A stretch of DNA of 64,000 bases. Source: Octopus vulgaris. Taxonomy: Eukaryota. Below the pieces are notes generated by a model, which ran no database searches, was not told the DNA's origin, and was given only the letters and a program-made list of their open reading frames with translations. Below are positions 43,536 to 57,771 of this stretch, piece by piece; the first letter of the stretch is position 1, and the number at the start of each line of letters is the position of its first letter. The stretch covers positions 121,954,001-122,018,000 of the forward strand of contig OX597818.1 of assembly GCA_951406725.2 (NCBI GenBank). Reading direction: 5' to 3'. Both the position numbers and the translations under genes were made by a program.

Positions 43536-44534
43536 GTATTATTATTATCATCTGCGCCTTGCGTATTTGTTCTGCTTCCTGCATTTGATATTAAAGTGTA
43601 CTAGAAGTGATTCACCAAACTTTCTTTGTAGCGACTAAAGCTAAGCTGTTATGAATGTAATAATTTCTAGATAACAGATGGCCACAGAAATGGAAATGAT
43701 CATAGTAAAATAATAAATTTCATTTGATTTCTACTCATTTCACCAATCGTGGTGCAATGAAAGGCAAAATTGTCTTCGGCAAGATTCGAACTTACATTTA
43801 GAGAAACACATTAAGTACAGAAATACATTTTGTTCCCCCACCATCCCCATTCTCGCCTTCACCACCCTGGCATATGAACACTAATAAATGGTTTTTACTA
43901 TTGCTTTTTAAAAGTAATTTTAACATTTATTGTTTTCCTATGTGCAGAATAATTATTCGTAAATTTCCTTTATCATTCATGTCTTTGAAACACACTTATA
44001 TAATTCTTAATTCACTTCATTCTTTGAAATTTTCAAGTTACTTCTAGTTTCTTCCCTAAATGGTGGTCGTTTTTGAACGATTACACAACATCTGTGATGT
44101 AAATATACCCAACTTTCCTATAATAAACTCATTATCATAGTTCCTCTTTAAATTCAGACGATTCGCTACAAATGTTTGGTATATTTTCTTTATTTTATAG
44201 TCTAATAGTTACTTTGTTTAGCATTGCTTCATACCGCAGCAAAAAGCTATGTTTATCGCAAAACCTGGAACAGACGTCGTTCGCATCCGTTTCCATGTTA
44301 TTTGGCAAATTTTATAAATTTGCCTTTGGCATATTCGCTTGTAATGTACAATAAGTCAAGACAGAAATAGAGACGAATGAATATATATAAAGACAAGCGT
44401 ACACTCACGTATATAAACATATACACGAGCGCTTTTAAATTTACACACTCACACACACATGCTCAACTCTGAATGTACACATACTTATATAACATTTTCA
44501 TAAATGAATGTTACAAACTTTTGCTGAATAAAGT

Positions 44535-44599
<65 letters not shown>

Positions 44600-44645
44600 A
44601 GTGTGTGTTTGTGTGTGTTCCTACACCCACAGACACAGAGACACA

Positions 44646-44714
<69 letters not shown>

Positions 44715-45093
44715 GTATATATAAAGAAATTCTCATAAAATCCAATTTAATTTCAGTCTAATTCGAACGTCAAAAATATTTCAATATTTCTACAAATTTC
44801 TGAACAGATAAACCACAAAAAAATTTCTTTTTTTTATATTTCAAATATATTTTATTCTTTGAGAAAGTGTATTGTGCGTTGTCCTTCTATTATTCCTCTA
44901 CCACATTTTACTATTCCAATAAAGAGGAATATATGTAAGTATAATAATGCTGTAAAACGTATCCAAAAAATAGTCACAGAGTTATAAATAGTAAATAATT
45001 ACATCTGTAGAGTGTGTTCTCAAAAAAAAAAATGCAGCTTCAACAAATATACTGTGAATATTTATTGATTTTTAATAAATAAAATTAACCCTT

Positions 45094-45151
<58 letters not shown>

Positions 45152-45457
45152 TATACACACACAGACAGAGACACACACATATGTATATATACACAGATAT
45201 GGTGATGCAAACAGGAAAAATAGATCTGAAAATATGAGTATATATGTATTTTTATTAATATTTAGCAGAAGCAACAGAGTGACTCATGGGCCGAGAGTTT
45301 TGTTCGTTATATATATATACATATATATATGCATGATATTTATATGTATGTTGGTATGTATGTATGTTTGTATGTAGTTTGTATGCATGTATGTACGTGC
45401 GCAACACTACCTACATACCTATCTACCTACCAACCTACCTACTTACTTACCTACCTA

Positions 45458-46616
45458 TTGAGGTTTATTTTTCAACATATTCAACATAGTAACCCTCGTG
45501 GTCCGCACACTTCTTCCATCGGTGTTGCAGTGCTTGGACCCCGTTGTTGAAGAAGCTTTCATCCTGTTGGTCAAGAAAGTCATCAACAGCAGATATGACG
45601 TCATCATCACTGCGATGCTACCTCCTAGCCAAGTGATTTTTCATGTTGGACAACAGATGGTAGTCTGATGGGACCAAATTAAGAGAATAGTGAGGGAGAT
45701 CAACCAATTCAAAGCCACAACTACGTACAACAGCCATTGAAACCAAGGACTTATGTGCTGGAGCATTGCTTTGATGAAGCAAGAACCTTTTCATCGGTTT
45801 TCCACAATGTTTAGCCTTGATAGGCTTTCCTAAATGTTCCAGCAAGTTGGCATAGTACTCTCCATGGACGATATTTAATAAACATAATACCTTTTGGATC
45901 CCAAAATACTGAGGCCATCTGTGATTCAAAGTGATAAACCAAACACTTATCTTGGGTTAGACTTATGGAAATTAGTTGGATCTGCATCAAACAATGTGAG
46001 ATTTTGCTATGATTGGATTAGCCTGGTGTGCTTTTGATCAGGTGTCATGATGAGTAGAAACCTTGACCACGCAGAGCTGATTGTGTACAATCCTCTCAAC
46101 TCTCTCACGGAATATGTTAATTGCATTGACTATTTGATTTATAGTCAATCGTCTGTCATCCATTACTCACTAAATGGCGGTGCATCATAATGGCCGCAGC
46201 TCTGAGCTGAAACTACAGAAAAAAGAATGTGGTGAATACAATCAATGTTTTTCTCGGTGATGGCAATTGCAGGAGGTTCAGACGATGGACCATTTTCAAA
46301 GCTATCGCTTCCCCTCCTAAATTCAGCTACCCACTTTTGTATTCTTGATAAAGATGGAACGTCATCGCCTGTTGTGGCAACAATGTCAGCCTTGTTTAGC
46401 CCCCATATCATTGGGGGCTAAACCCTTTTCCTGCAGTTACTTGAGAACACCACGATATCAAATTTTGTCCATTTTCAAGAGAAGTCACTAATGAACAGTT
46501 AATGGGGAAAAACAATGCAATTATTAAGTAGAGTTGAATTAAATTGATGCAATATTTCACAGCACTCCCATCACTCCTTCATAATCAGCCTATGAACTTT
46601 TCAACCCACCCGCGTA
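45458..46616 (-). mobile_element. Mariner (Tc1/mariner) transposon fossil
   Basis: 5' end TA-CGCGGGTGGGTTGAAAAGTTCATAGGCTGA. Broken frames give IQKWVAEFRRG, YYANLL, LLHQSNAPAH, FELVDLPHYSLNLVPSDYHL (HPPYSPDLAPSDY motif) and ALQHRWKKC. The 3' TIR is not seen. Confidence 0.9.
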
Positions 46617-46988
46617 CATACACCCCCCCCCCCCAAATGAAAGAGACATTTAAAGGCCCTCTAACGGTCATACGTGTATGAAAAATAAACAATTTGTGAT
46701 TAAAACATATCTTAACTTCGAGCTATTTTCTTACCATTTGTTCCACGACAAATTCTGCATTGAAATCACGACAATACGACACGAATGTCAAATGTCGTAT
46801 TTTGTGTATATACCCTATATACACACACAGATGTATGTTATATATGTGTCTGTGTGTGTATGTGTATGTATATGAATATATATGTAAACACATACACATA
46901 TAAATACAGTTGTATACGAATATACATATGTACGTGTGTACATTCATGTGCGTGTATGTTTATGTCTATATGTGTGTGTGTTTGTATG

Positions 46989-47032
<44 letters not shown>

Positions 47033-47579
47033 CATACATATATATACGTATAAATTACACATATCTATATCTATGCTTGTATGTATATATGTATGTATCT
47101 ATCTATAAGTGAGTGTGTATGTCTGTATGTGTGTGTGTTTGTGTGTGTGTGTGAATTATTATAATAGAAACGGAGTTGAGAAGGTCTGCAGGGGAAACCC
47201 ATAAAGTTTACAAATGTCATCTACAGCGTAAATATTTGATGACGTTGATATATATATATTATGGTGCAAATATTTGCTGCTACCGACGCATAATACGAGG
47301 TAAATATTCACACTATTTAGGACGATAACCCTGGTGAGAATATAACCTTAATGTTGTAAAAAAAATATATATGTTTATTGTATTCATTTTTATTAGAATT
47401 ATGTATGGAAATGGATAGCAAAACTGGCGCTACACGGTCTGCTGCTTGGTACCCACCAACAAAGAAACTAACTAGAAAACAAGAATGGTAACACCATAAC
47501 GGAAATTATGGAACGCATCTGTCAATAAAGGAACCTCTAAACTATCGCTCAATCTGCTAGTACTAGCTGACAAATATCC

Positions 47580-47900
47580 TATGACTAAGTGGTTAGAGCG
47601 CAGGTATCACAATCATGAGGTAGTGAGTACGATTCCCGGATCGGGCTGTGTATTTGTTCTTGAACTAGACGCTTCATTTTATTTCACGTTGCTGTATTCG
47701 CTCAGCTGTAGAAATGAGTTGCGATGTCATAGGTACCAAACTGTATCGGCATTTGCCCTTCCCATGGAGATTGCGTGGAGAGGGACGACTGGTGTGCATG
47801 GGTGACTGTTGGTCTTCCATAAAACAACTTTGCCCGGACTTGTGCCTCGGAGGGTAACTTTCTAAGTGCAATCCCATGGTTATTCATAACAGAAGGGGGT
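47580..47900 (+). mobile_element. SINE family C, diverged
   Basis: Colinear with 22124-22452. Confidence 0.85.
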
Positions 47901-47957
47901 ATTTACCATCTTAATAAGAAGGGTATGTTAGCCAATGTAAAAAAAAAAGAAGCTAAA

Positions 47958-48148
47958 TCTATCTATATATAAAGCTGAACTTGTCTGTGTGTGGCAGGCT
48001 TGGTAGTCTTCAACTAACACTATCTCCTCCGAAACCCTGCGGTGCAAATTGGTCCAAATTGAGAGTATGATAGAAGAAGGCTTGTTCTTCATTCCGTAGA
48101 AGATAAAATTCAAATCGGACCACGTTAAGACTAAAAATTATTTACATT
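47958..48148 (+). mobile_element. Possible non-autonomous Helitron 5' end
   Basis: A|TCTATCTATATATAAAGCTGAA..GTCTGTGTG start resembles animal non-autonomous Helitron 5' termini; no 3' CTRR end seen. Confidence 0.4.
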
Positions 48149-48149
48149 G

Positions 48150-49085
48150 CTCCCGTCTTTGCGTTCTGAGTTCAAATTCTGGCGAAGTCGACTTTGCCTT
48201 TTATCCTTTCGGTGTCGATAAAATAAGTACCAGTCTAGTACTGGGGTCGATGTAATCGACATAACTCCTCCCCCGAACTTGTTAACCTTTTTTCCAAAAT
48301 TTGTAAACAATATTAACGTCCATATAAAGGCGGCGAGCTGCCAAAATCGTTAACGGGTGGGAAAATGCTTTGCAACTCTTTACATTCTGAGTTCAAATGC
48401 CACTGATGTACACTTTGCCTTTCATCCTTTCGGGGTCGATAAAATAAGTTTCAGTCGAGAACTGGGGTCAATGTAATCGACTTACCCCCGCCTAAAATTG
48501 CTGGCCTTGTGTTAAAATCAGAAATACTATTACTGCATTTATATGCAATGTGCTTGTGGATAAGTGAAGGTGGTAAGCGGTTGCTGACGAAGAAGTCGAA
48601 TTGTACATGTCCTCATAGATATTGTTTCAAATTTTGGTACATGACCAGCAGCTTCGAGGAGGAGGAAAGTCTATTACTCTGACCCCAGTGCTCTGCTGGT
48701 ATTTATTTCTTCTACAGCAAAAGAATGAAAGGCAAAATCGACCTGGGTGGAATCTGAACTCTGAAGGTAAAAGACGGTGGAAGTGTCGCTAAGCATTTTT
48801 CGCGGCGTGCTAACAATTCTACCAGCTCACCGCATATATGCTAGCACACATATTGGTTTCAAATTTTGACACAAGACCAGGGAAGAGAGAGAGAGAAAGA
48901 GGGAGAGAGAGAGAGAGAGAAAGAGGGAGAGAGAGAGAGAGAGAGTCGATTACATCGACCCCCGTGTTCAATTGGTATTTAGCTTATCCACCTTGAAAGG
49001 ATAAAAAGCAAAGTCGACCTAGGAGTAATTTGTGCTCAAGACGTAAAGACGGACGAAATGCCTCTAAGTATTTTGATGGGCCCGC
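48150..49085. mobile_element. Cluster of SINE A copies: two on + (48150-48530), two on - (48622-49085)
   Basis: Family A central domain occurs four times; the last copy has TSD-like gca(c/t)acatattg. Confidence 0.8.
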
Positions 49086-50483
49086 ATACATATTGTATAG
49101 AATAATCGTTAACAATAGTCGTAACCGTAGTGTGTGTTAAGAAACAAACAAACAAAAGCTTTAAATATGAATTCTTGTCACTGACGTATAATGTCACTGC
49201 TTCACTTTTTAAGCAATATCAAAACACTTCTGGGCATTAATGAACCAAGACATTTAAATTATTCAATAACTACCGTACTACAAGTAAAATTTGCATTATA
49301 TTTGTAAATTTATATTGAGAAAAAATAAAAATTAAAAAAACAACAATAGATAACCATTAATATAAAACGATATTCTAATAGAACCGGAAGACACAGATGT
49401 TATTTGCAAATGAATCTTTTATTAACTAATTGTAGAAATGGAACGCTAACACAAACACCTGAAAAAAAAATGGAGGCGTTTAAATTTTATAGATTGTGGG
49501 AACGGTCATGGAATTTCGTTTAACCGCACGTTAAGAATACGAAAATAATGAATTACTCTCAGAGAAACTATAAATCTGAATTGTAAAGCTGCATCAATAT
49601 GATGTATGATCTTTTAGGAACTGGTTAGTTTTTAGCAACATTATTTTCTATTTCATTAAAGTTTCTTTAAATACGTTTCTATTGACGTGGAGCTTAAGCA
49701 ACAGCAAGTAAAGAACCTACTTCAATATAAAAAAGAAATCGCTAATGTCCATGGGGAAGTGATACGTAAGTTGATATTTGTATTGCATTGCCGCTGCATC
49801 AAGTTGATATACAGAAAACATTGCACTTAGAGTTTTGCACTTAGAATCGGTGCATGACGGCAGATTAAATGCCAAACAATACCACGATGGCAGTGTACAG
49901 AGTCTGGCAGCAGTCGTAGAGGATCCGATATGTACGCACTCGATGCTCTGACACTAACCAATAAAATGGCCGACCGTTCAATCTTGCAATGATTCTTAGC
50001 GCTTGAAATATGGAGTATGTGGAATGCAGGCATTTCTATGTAGACAGTGCATAACATCAAGAGCAACAACAGCAACAAAACTAAAAACAAAGACCACAAA
50101 CAACACTAACAACAGCAAACGCTACAGTAAACAGTGGAAGCAAGAACATTAAAAGCATTTTAAGGTTATGTTAAAAGATGACACACCTATGATGAGGAAG
50201 TTTCATGGTTGTTATGAAAACCCATTCGTGCTGTTAAACTCCTTCGCTACCACTCTCTCGCCCCTCCCTCTCTCTCTGTCTACTCACAACTTTCCCTCTC
50301 TCCCTATCTCTAACTCCCACTACTTTATTGCTATGTCTTTACCTGCCACCCTTCCCTCGTTCTCTATCTGGCCTTCTCTCCCTTTAACTCTTAGTTTCAT
50401 TCTCTATTCCTTGTAGGAAATAAAAATACAGAAAGGGAATGAAGTGTTATGTTTTGTTTGATACAAAACGCAATATAGAAACG

Positions 50484-50517
<34 letters not shown>

Positions 50518-50518
50518 T

Positions 50519-50561
<43 letters not shown>

Positions 50562-50689
50562 TGTGTGTGAGTGCTCGTATGAATCTGTGTGCATGTGTGA
50601 GGGTGGTAGTGGTGGTTGAACATTTTACAACCAGTCGTCTATAAATTGATAGGTACCTGCCAACCCCACCTATCTAACTGATCATTGGG

Positions 50690-52760
50690 CATAACCCTGT
50701 TGTTACCACCACTACCACTAACACCTACACCACTATCACTCACAAAGCCACCACCAACACCAACAATACAACCACTGCCACAACTAAGGTGACTACTAAA
50801 ACAACCACTTCCATCACCACAACCACCATCATCAGGACAACAACCACCAAACGCCACTCATACCACCACTACCACCACAAGTGTTACCGCCATTGCCGCA
50901 GCTAACAATACAACTACTACCACCACTACCACCACCAATACAACTACCCGAAGCCCCACCACTACCACCGTCGTCACCACAATACCTATACCACGGCAAC
51001 CATTATTAATATCATTACTATTAACACCGGCGCCACCACCACCACCACCACCACCACAACTACGATCGCCAGTAGCAGCAGCAGCAGTACCATTACCATC
51101 ACCAATAATAACAACAGCAACAACTACAACAACAACAATAGCACGAATACCACTCCCTACGGTCGCTATTGCCATAATCAATATCTCGTAAAACAAGTAG
51201 AATCATCAACGCCACCTCAGTTACCACCTTGACTTCAAACACAACAGCCACTTCTAACATCACCATCGTCATCATCCCTATCATACCATCAACAGACTTG
51301 GCATTATCATCATTACCATTTCCACTATCGCCACCATCACAATCGACCATCGCCACAATCTTCATCTTCACTCCTAGAACCGGCGTTACAACTATCTACT
51401 TCCACTACCAACAACCACCAATACCAACAGAAGCTCTACCACCACCACCACCACCGCCGCCACCATCGCAATCACCACCACCATCACCACCACCACCACC
51501 ACCATCACCACCACCACCACCACCACCACCACCACCACAACAACAACAATAACAACAACAAAAACATCAACGACCACAACGACGACGACGACCATCACCA
51601 CCACCATCACCACCGACAGAACTACTACGAGATCAACAAGAATACCATCAGCAACATCATCCCCACCATCACGCTCATCATTACCACTAGCACCACCAGC
51701 ACCACCAGCATCAACTGCACCACAAACAGTACAACCTGCACCACCACCACCACCAGAACTACTACCACTACAAATACAGCCACCACCATCTTCCTCGCCT
51801 TCACTACAATCAGCACCGTTACAATTACCACCACCACCATCACCATCACCTACACCACCATCACCACAACCATCATCATCATCATCATCATTTACATGAG
51901 CAACAAGTAACCTCTACATAGTCGCTCAATTAGCTAGAACTAGCAGTCAAATTATCTTAGTTTACACCCTTCCATCTTGCATTCAGAAATAGAATATCAT
52001 AAGCATATACAGAAACTGATGGGATGGTTACGGATAGAACGCCTTTAACTATAGAGGTTTGCATGAGCAACAACAGCAACAACCTCCCCAACACGAACTC
52101 GTCTACCATCAGCACTACCACCATCACCATCACCACCACCATCACCTACATGACGACAAAAACAACGACGATGACAACGACGAGAACATCGACAACTACC
52201 ACCACCACCACCACCACCACCACCACCACCACCACCACCACCATCATCACCACCACCATCACCACAACCACTGCAATACCACTCCACCACTAGCACGACG
52301 ACAACAACGACACTACCACCACCACCAAACTACATCCATCACCACCACAACCACCACAAACAACAACAGCAGCAACAATACCACCACCACCACCACCAGC
52401 AGCAGCAAAACTAACTGAAGTTTCACTACCAGAACAGCAACAGCTGCAATAATAGAAGAAAAAAAAACAGCAATAGAACACTAGCAACAGCAACAACACT
52501 AACTTAACTACCGTCACCACATCCACCACTAACTGCAACTTCACCTCAGCACAAACAGCAGCAGCAGCAGTAGCAGATGAAAGAACATCGACAACGACAC
52601 CAAACTATGATAAAAACAGCAGCAGCAGCAACAGTAACTACAGTACAGTAGTAGAAACAACATCAACAAAGGCTACAGCTGTAGCAACAATAATTGCACA
52701 CTATAGCATCAACAACAACAACCATTATAACTACCGTAACAATAACACCAGTTAACCAAC
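50690..52760. repeat. ~2-kb degenerate (CAC/CAA/CAT/CAG)n low-complexity region
   Basis: Cryptic C/A-rich trinucleotide arrays with stops in all frames. Confidence 0.9.
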
Positions 52761-53194
52761 CGAATAAAAATCAGTCTCTCTCTGTCTCTGTCAGTTTGTC
52801 TGCTTGTCTGTCTCTCCCCTCTCTCCCTCTCTCTCTATATATATCTTTGTCTCAGTCTCTCACAAAAAAAAAACCGACATATGTCTGGCAGGAAATGAAA
52901 CGAGTCGGTTTTTTTTTTCTTTAAAGAATACCGAAATTAAATCATGTGGAAAGCAATGATAGAAGGTGGAACACGATGAAGTAGAATATGCGATAGTCGT
53001 GGTAGGAATTGTGGTAGTGGTGTGGGGGGGGCGGTGTTGCAGTGGCTAGAGGAAACTACTACTACTACTACAACAACAACTACTACTACTACTACTACAG
53101 TTTAAATAAATATTACCATCAACAGCAGCAGCTGAAAGTGTAGAAGTAGTTTTAACAGATACAATCACGCCATCACTCATTTACACACACAAAC

Positions 53195-53249
<55 letters not shown>

Positions 53250-53797
53250 ATATTTATATTTTATATATATATTATATATATATATATATATTTATATGTA
53301 TGTATATATACTCATATATATATATACTCATTTATATACCCATATATATATCATATGCATATGTGCATACATACATACATACACACACACACACATACAT
53401 ATATATGTGTGTGTGTGTGTGTATATCTATATTTATATATGTATATGTCTATATGTATGCATAATTTTTATGAACACTCACACATACACACACATATGAG
53501 TGTTTGTTGGCTTGTGTGTGCGTATGTACACACATGCAAAATTATAAAAAAAGAATATGATGAAAATATAATCTGCACTTCCAGTATTGTACACTCAAAC
53601 GTGGTTCGGTGTGTGTGTATATATGTGTGCCTGCGTGAGTGTGTGTGTGTGTGTGTAGTTGTGTGTGTGTATGTGTGCGCGCGTGTGCATGCATACCTTT
53701 ACATACACCCCTACTCAATGCCTGTTGTGAAATACACTCAAGCACAAATGCATCTTACATGTCCAAGCCATTTTTTCATTAATAAAGCCACATTAAT

Positions 53798-53863
<66 letters not shown>

Positions 53864-54579
53864 ACGCCACGCACACAGAAGACTCTCCATGCATAACGCA
53901 AACACACAGTAATAATAATAGTAGGCTATCTAACTAGCATCACTAACATTAAATCATTACTCCACATAATCAATATCTGCATTTCTCTCCCACTAACTGC
54001 CTTGAAATTACTATGCAAAAAAAAACAAAGAAAAAACAAAAACAGAAAAAAAAGAATGTATATAGAAGCAGAAACTAACTAAAACAAAATCCAAACCCTT
54101 TCCAACAAAACCTTTATATATAAAGTCAATTTTTAGTGAATGTTTATTCTCTGTAAAATGTGTTTATTGAGTCCATCGTACTAATACCGTATCAACACTA
54201 GGACAATACGCTGTTAATCTCCAGAAAGCTATAGAAGTAACTGAAAAACTCAGCCGACCATTTCCCCTTTCTCACAGGATACGAAAATTAATAGACATCC
54301 TGCCAATACGAACTCAATTGCTTGTTAGAATGTAGGAAAGGCTTCTCAGTCAAGCATTTAATCAAATATGCATTAATGAAGAACTCTACATATATTATTA
54401 GAGTATAATGTTATTATGTATCTGTCTATGTGTTTATGTGTGTATGTGTGTATGTATGTATGTATCTATCTATCGGCATGTCTGTCCATCTTTCTCTATA
54501 TCTGTCTGTCTGTCTGTGTACCTAACTACTTATCTATTCCCTTATACGCTCTCTCATATTTTCAGTTTTTCTCTCTCAA

Positions 54580-54636
<57 letters not shown>

Positions 54637-54656
54637 TATATATATATATATATATA

Positions 54657-55057
54657 AGGGTGGCTGTGTGGTTAGAAGATTGCGTCACAACCAATTTCTC
54701 CATTTTCAGGTTCAGTCCCACTGCGTGGCACCTTGGGTAAGTGTCGTCAAGTATAGCCTCGGGCCGACTGAAGCCTTGTGAGCGGATTTGATAGACGGAA
54801 ACCGAAAGAAGCCCGTCGTATATATATGTGTATATTTATGTACGTGTCTTTGTGTCTGTGTTTGTCTCCACCACAATCGATTGACAACTGATGTTGGTGT
54901 GTTAACGTCCCGTAACTTAGTGTTTCGGTTGTAGAGACCAATAAAATAAGTACCAGGCTTACAACGAATAAGTCTTGGGGTCGATTTGCTCGACTAAAAA
55001 GCGATGCTCCAGCATGGCCCCAGTCAAATGACTGAAGCAAGTTAAAGAATAAAAGAA
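54657..55057 (+). mobile_element. SINE family B
   Basis: TGGCTGTGTGG A-box, GGTTCAGTCCC B-box, CORE-like block, aaagaataaaagaat tail. Confidence 0.88.
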
Positions 55058-55078
55058 TATATATATATATGATATATA

Positions 55079-57771
55079 TGGGGTTTTCAACATTACGGGG
55101 TACAACCTCTTCCGTAAGGACCGCACTAACCGCCGTGGTGGTGGTGTGATGGTCTACGTTCGTTCAAATTTTTTGGTAATTCCTTGTGCCGATTTGAACG
55201 AATCACAAGAAGAAGTTTTTTTCTGTGACGTGCGTATGACCATGTCAACACTCCTGCTTGGCGTTGTTTATCGTCCCCCAAGTTACCATCGGGACACACA
55301 GCTTTGCAATGTCCTCCGAGCTGCTGCCAGGAAAACAGCCACTTATGTGTTTATTGCAGGCGATTTCAATCATCCTGAGATCGATTGGGAGACCTTCCAT
55401 TGGCCACAGAGTGCAAACGATTTTGTTGAGCTTGTGCTGGACTCAAACTGGTCACAAGTAGTCACCTCTCCAACAAGAGGCGACAACACCTTGGACCTGC
55501 TCTTCACCACAACTCCTGAAGCAGTTATCAATTGCACTACGGAGGAACCTCTAGGTGACTCTGATCATGCTATGATCATCGCCAATCTGGCTCTTGCGGG
55601 CAACAAAAACCTGAACCATCTCCAATCTGCTTCCTTCGATTGGAAGAGAGCAGATTGGAACCTGTACCACACTGAACTACAGCACCCAAACTGGCGTGAA
55701 TTCTACAACTCTGGAGATGTGAATACTATACTCCAGAGTATCCTGGACTCAATATGGGCAGCATGTGCAGCATCAGTGCCACGTAAACAAAAAAAGAAGA
55801 ACCGCCCCAAAAGGGTAATTTGGGAAACTTCAGCGATCCGACTTGCCAGGAGGGAACGTCGGACTGCTGAACGGGAATACAGGTTGCATAAATCAGACAC
55901 CAACAGGAAGAAGCGGAATAAATCCTCCAACCATCTCAAGCAAGTGACAAAAAAAGCAGTGCTTGAATTTGAACAGTGCATAGCAGCCAATCCTGACAGC
56001 AAGGTTTTCTGGAAATATGTGCACTCAAAGCAGAGACCTCACTCTCCAGTGGGCCCTCTTCGCAACCCTCACACAAACCAGATCACTGACGACCCCAAGG
56101 AATGCGCAGAACTCATTGCCGAGTGCTATGCAAACATATTCACTGTTGAAAGTCAAAATGTACCATCTTCACCATCACTAACAGCAAACTCCATAACAAC
56201 TATGGAATTTACACCTGCAATGCTGCGACGTCACCTTCAAAATAAGCGCAACTATGCCTCCCCTGGTCTCGATGGAGTTACATACCTGCTTCTCAAACGT
56301 GGCAGGCACTTCCTTTTACACCAGCTTTCTATTTTCTTCCAGTACTGTCTCAACAATGGTGCTACTCCGGAGCAGTGGAAAACTGCCAGTGTCATTCCTC
56401 TGTTCAAAAAGGGCGACCGCACATCACCTGTCAACTATCGCCCAGTCAGTCTCACTAGCTGTATTGCAAAACTGATGGAATCGTGTGTCAGAGAAACACT
56501 CTGGAACTTCTGGAGCTCTCACAGTCTCATCCGACCCTCACAATATGGATTTGTCCCTAACTCCAGCTGCAGTGACCAGCTTGTCGAGTTCCTTGAGGAC
56601 ATTACTCAGATTACTGACAGTGGCTCATGGGTGGATGTTGTCTACCTTGACTTTGCTAAGGCTTTCAACTCTGTGCCACACAAAAGGCTTATGGTGAAAC
56701 TCTCTGCAATGGGTGTGGGGGATGACCTTTTTAACTGGTTGAAATCCTTCATCCTCAGCCGAAAGGAGGTAGTCACAGTTCTAGGACAGCACTCTACACC
56801 ATATGAGATGTCATCGGGTGTACCACAGGGATCTGTCCTTGGTCCCCTCTTGTTTGTGGCATACATTAACGACATAGATGCCAATTTAAAGAATGCCACA
56901 GTATTGAAATATGCAGACGACATCAAGCTGTACCTTGAAATCAAGAGGACAGATCCTGATGTCTACAACTCTTTCCTGCAATCAGACCTAGACACAATGC
57001 AGCAATGGATCACAGACTGGCAACTGAAACTGGCTGTGGACAAGTGTACCACCATGCATTTTGGGAGAAAAAACCCTGCGTTCACATACTCCCTCCACAA
57101 CACTGATATCAAGAAATCCTCTTGTGAGCGTGACCTAGGCATCACTGTCAGCAGTGATTTGCGTTGGTCAAAGCATATCTCTAAGATTGTCAGGAAGGCC
57201 GAGGGTGTCTTGGCATCACTCAGCAGGTCTTTTGTTAGCCGCTCTCCAGCCATCTATTTAAAACTGTATACAGCTATGGTACGACCACACTTGGAATTCG
57301 CATCATCAGTTTGGAACCCCTATCTTGCACAGAACATTGACCTCCTGGAATCTGTCCAGAGACGTGCAACCAAACGCATACCCTCCATCAGACACCTACC
57401 ATATTCTGAGCGCCTTGTTTCCCTGGGCATGGATTCACTGAAGCTCCGGCGTTTGGCGACGGACTTGGTAAACACCCACAAAGTTATCAACCACCTCACC
57501 AACAACAACACTGAACACCTTTTTGATCTCCATGTGTCTAACACACGTGGACATGCCTACAAAGTCAGAAAACAATACAGCTCCCATGACTTTCGGAAAC
57601 ATTTTTTCACGCTCAGAGTTGCTGAAGCATGGAATAAACTGCCTGCGTCAGTTGTTGACTGCCATGACACTGCATCTTTTAAGGCCCTCATGCTTTCCGA
57701 AATCCGCCGAAACTACACCTGATTATATATACACTTTAGATGAGTTGTAGTGCACCTGAGCACTGTACACA

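Noticed and set aside
49888-49955. TGGCAGTGT (miR-34 seed) and an imperfect hairpin
   Set aside because: The rest does not match miR-34 and the pairing is too weak for a pre-miRNA.
50639-52544. Val/Gly/Pro/His-rich ORFs
   Set aside because: Same low-complexity artefact, with frequent stops.
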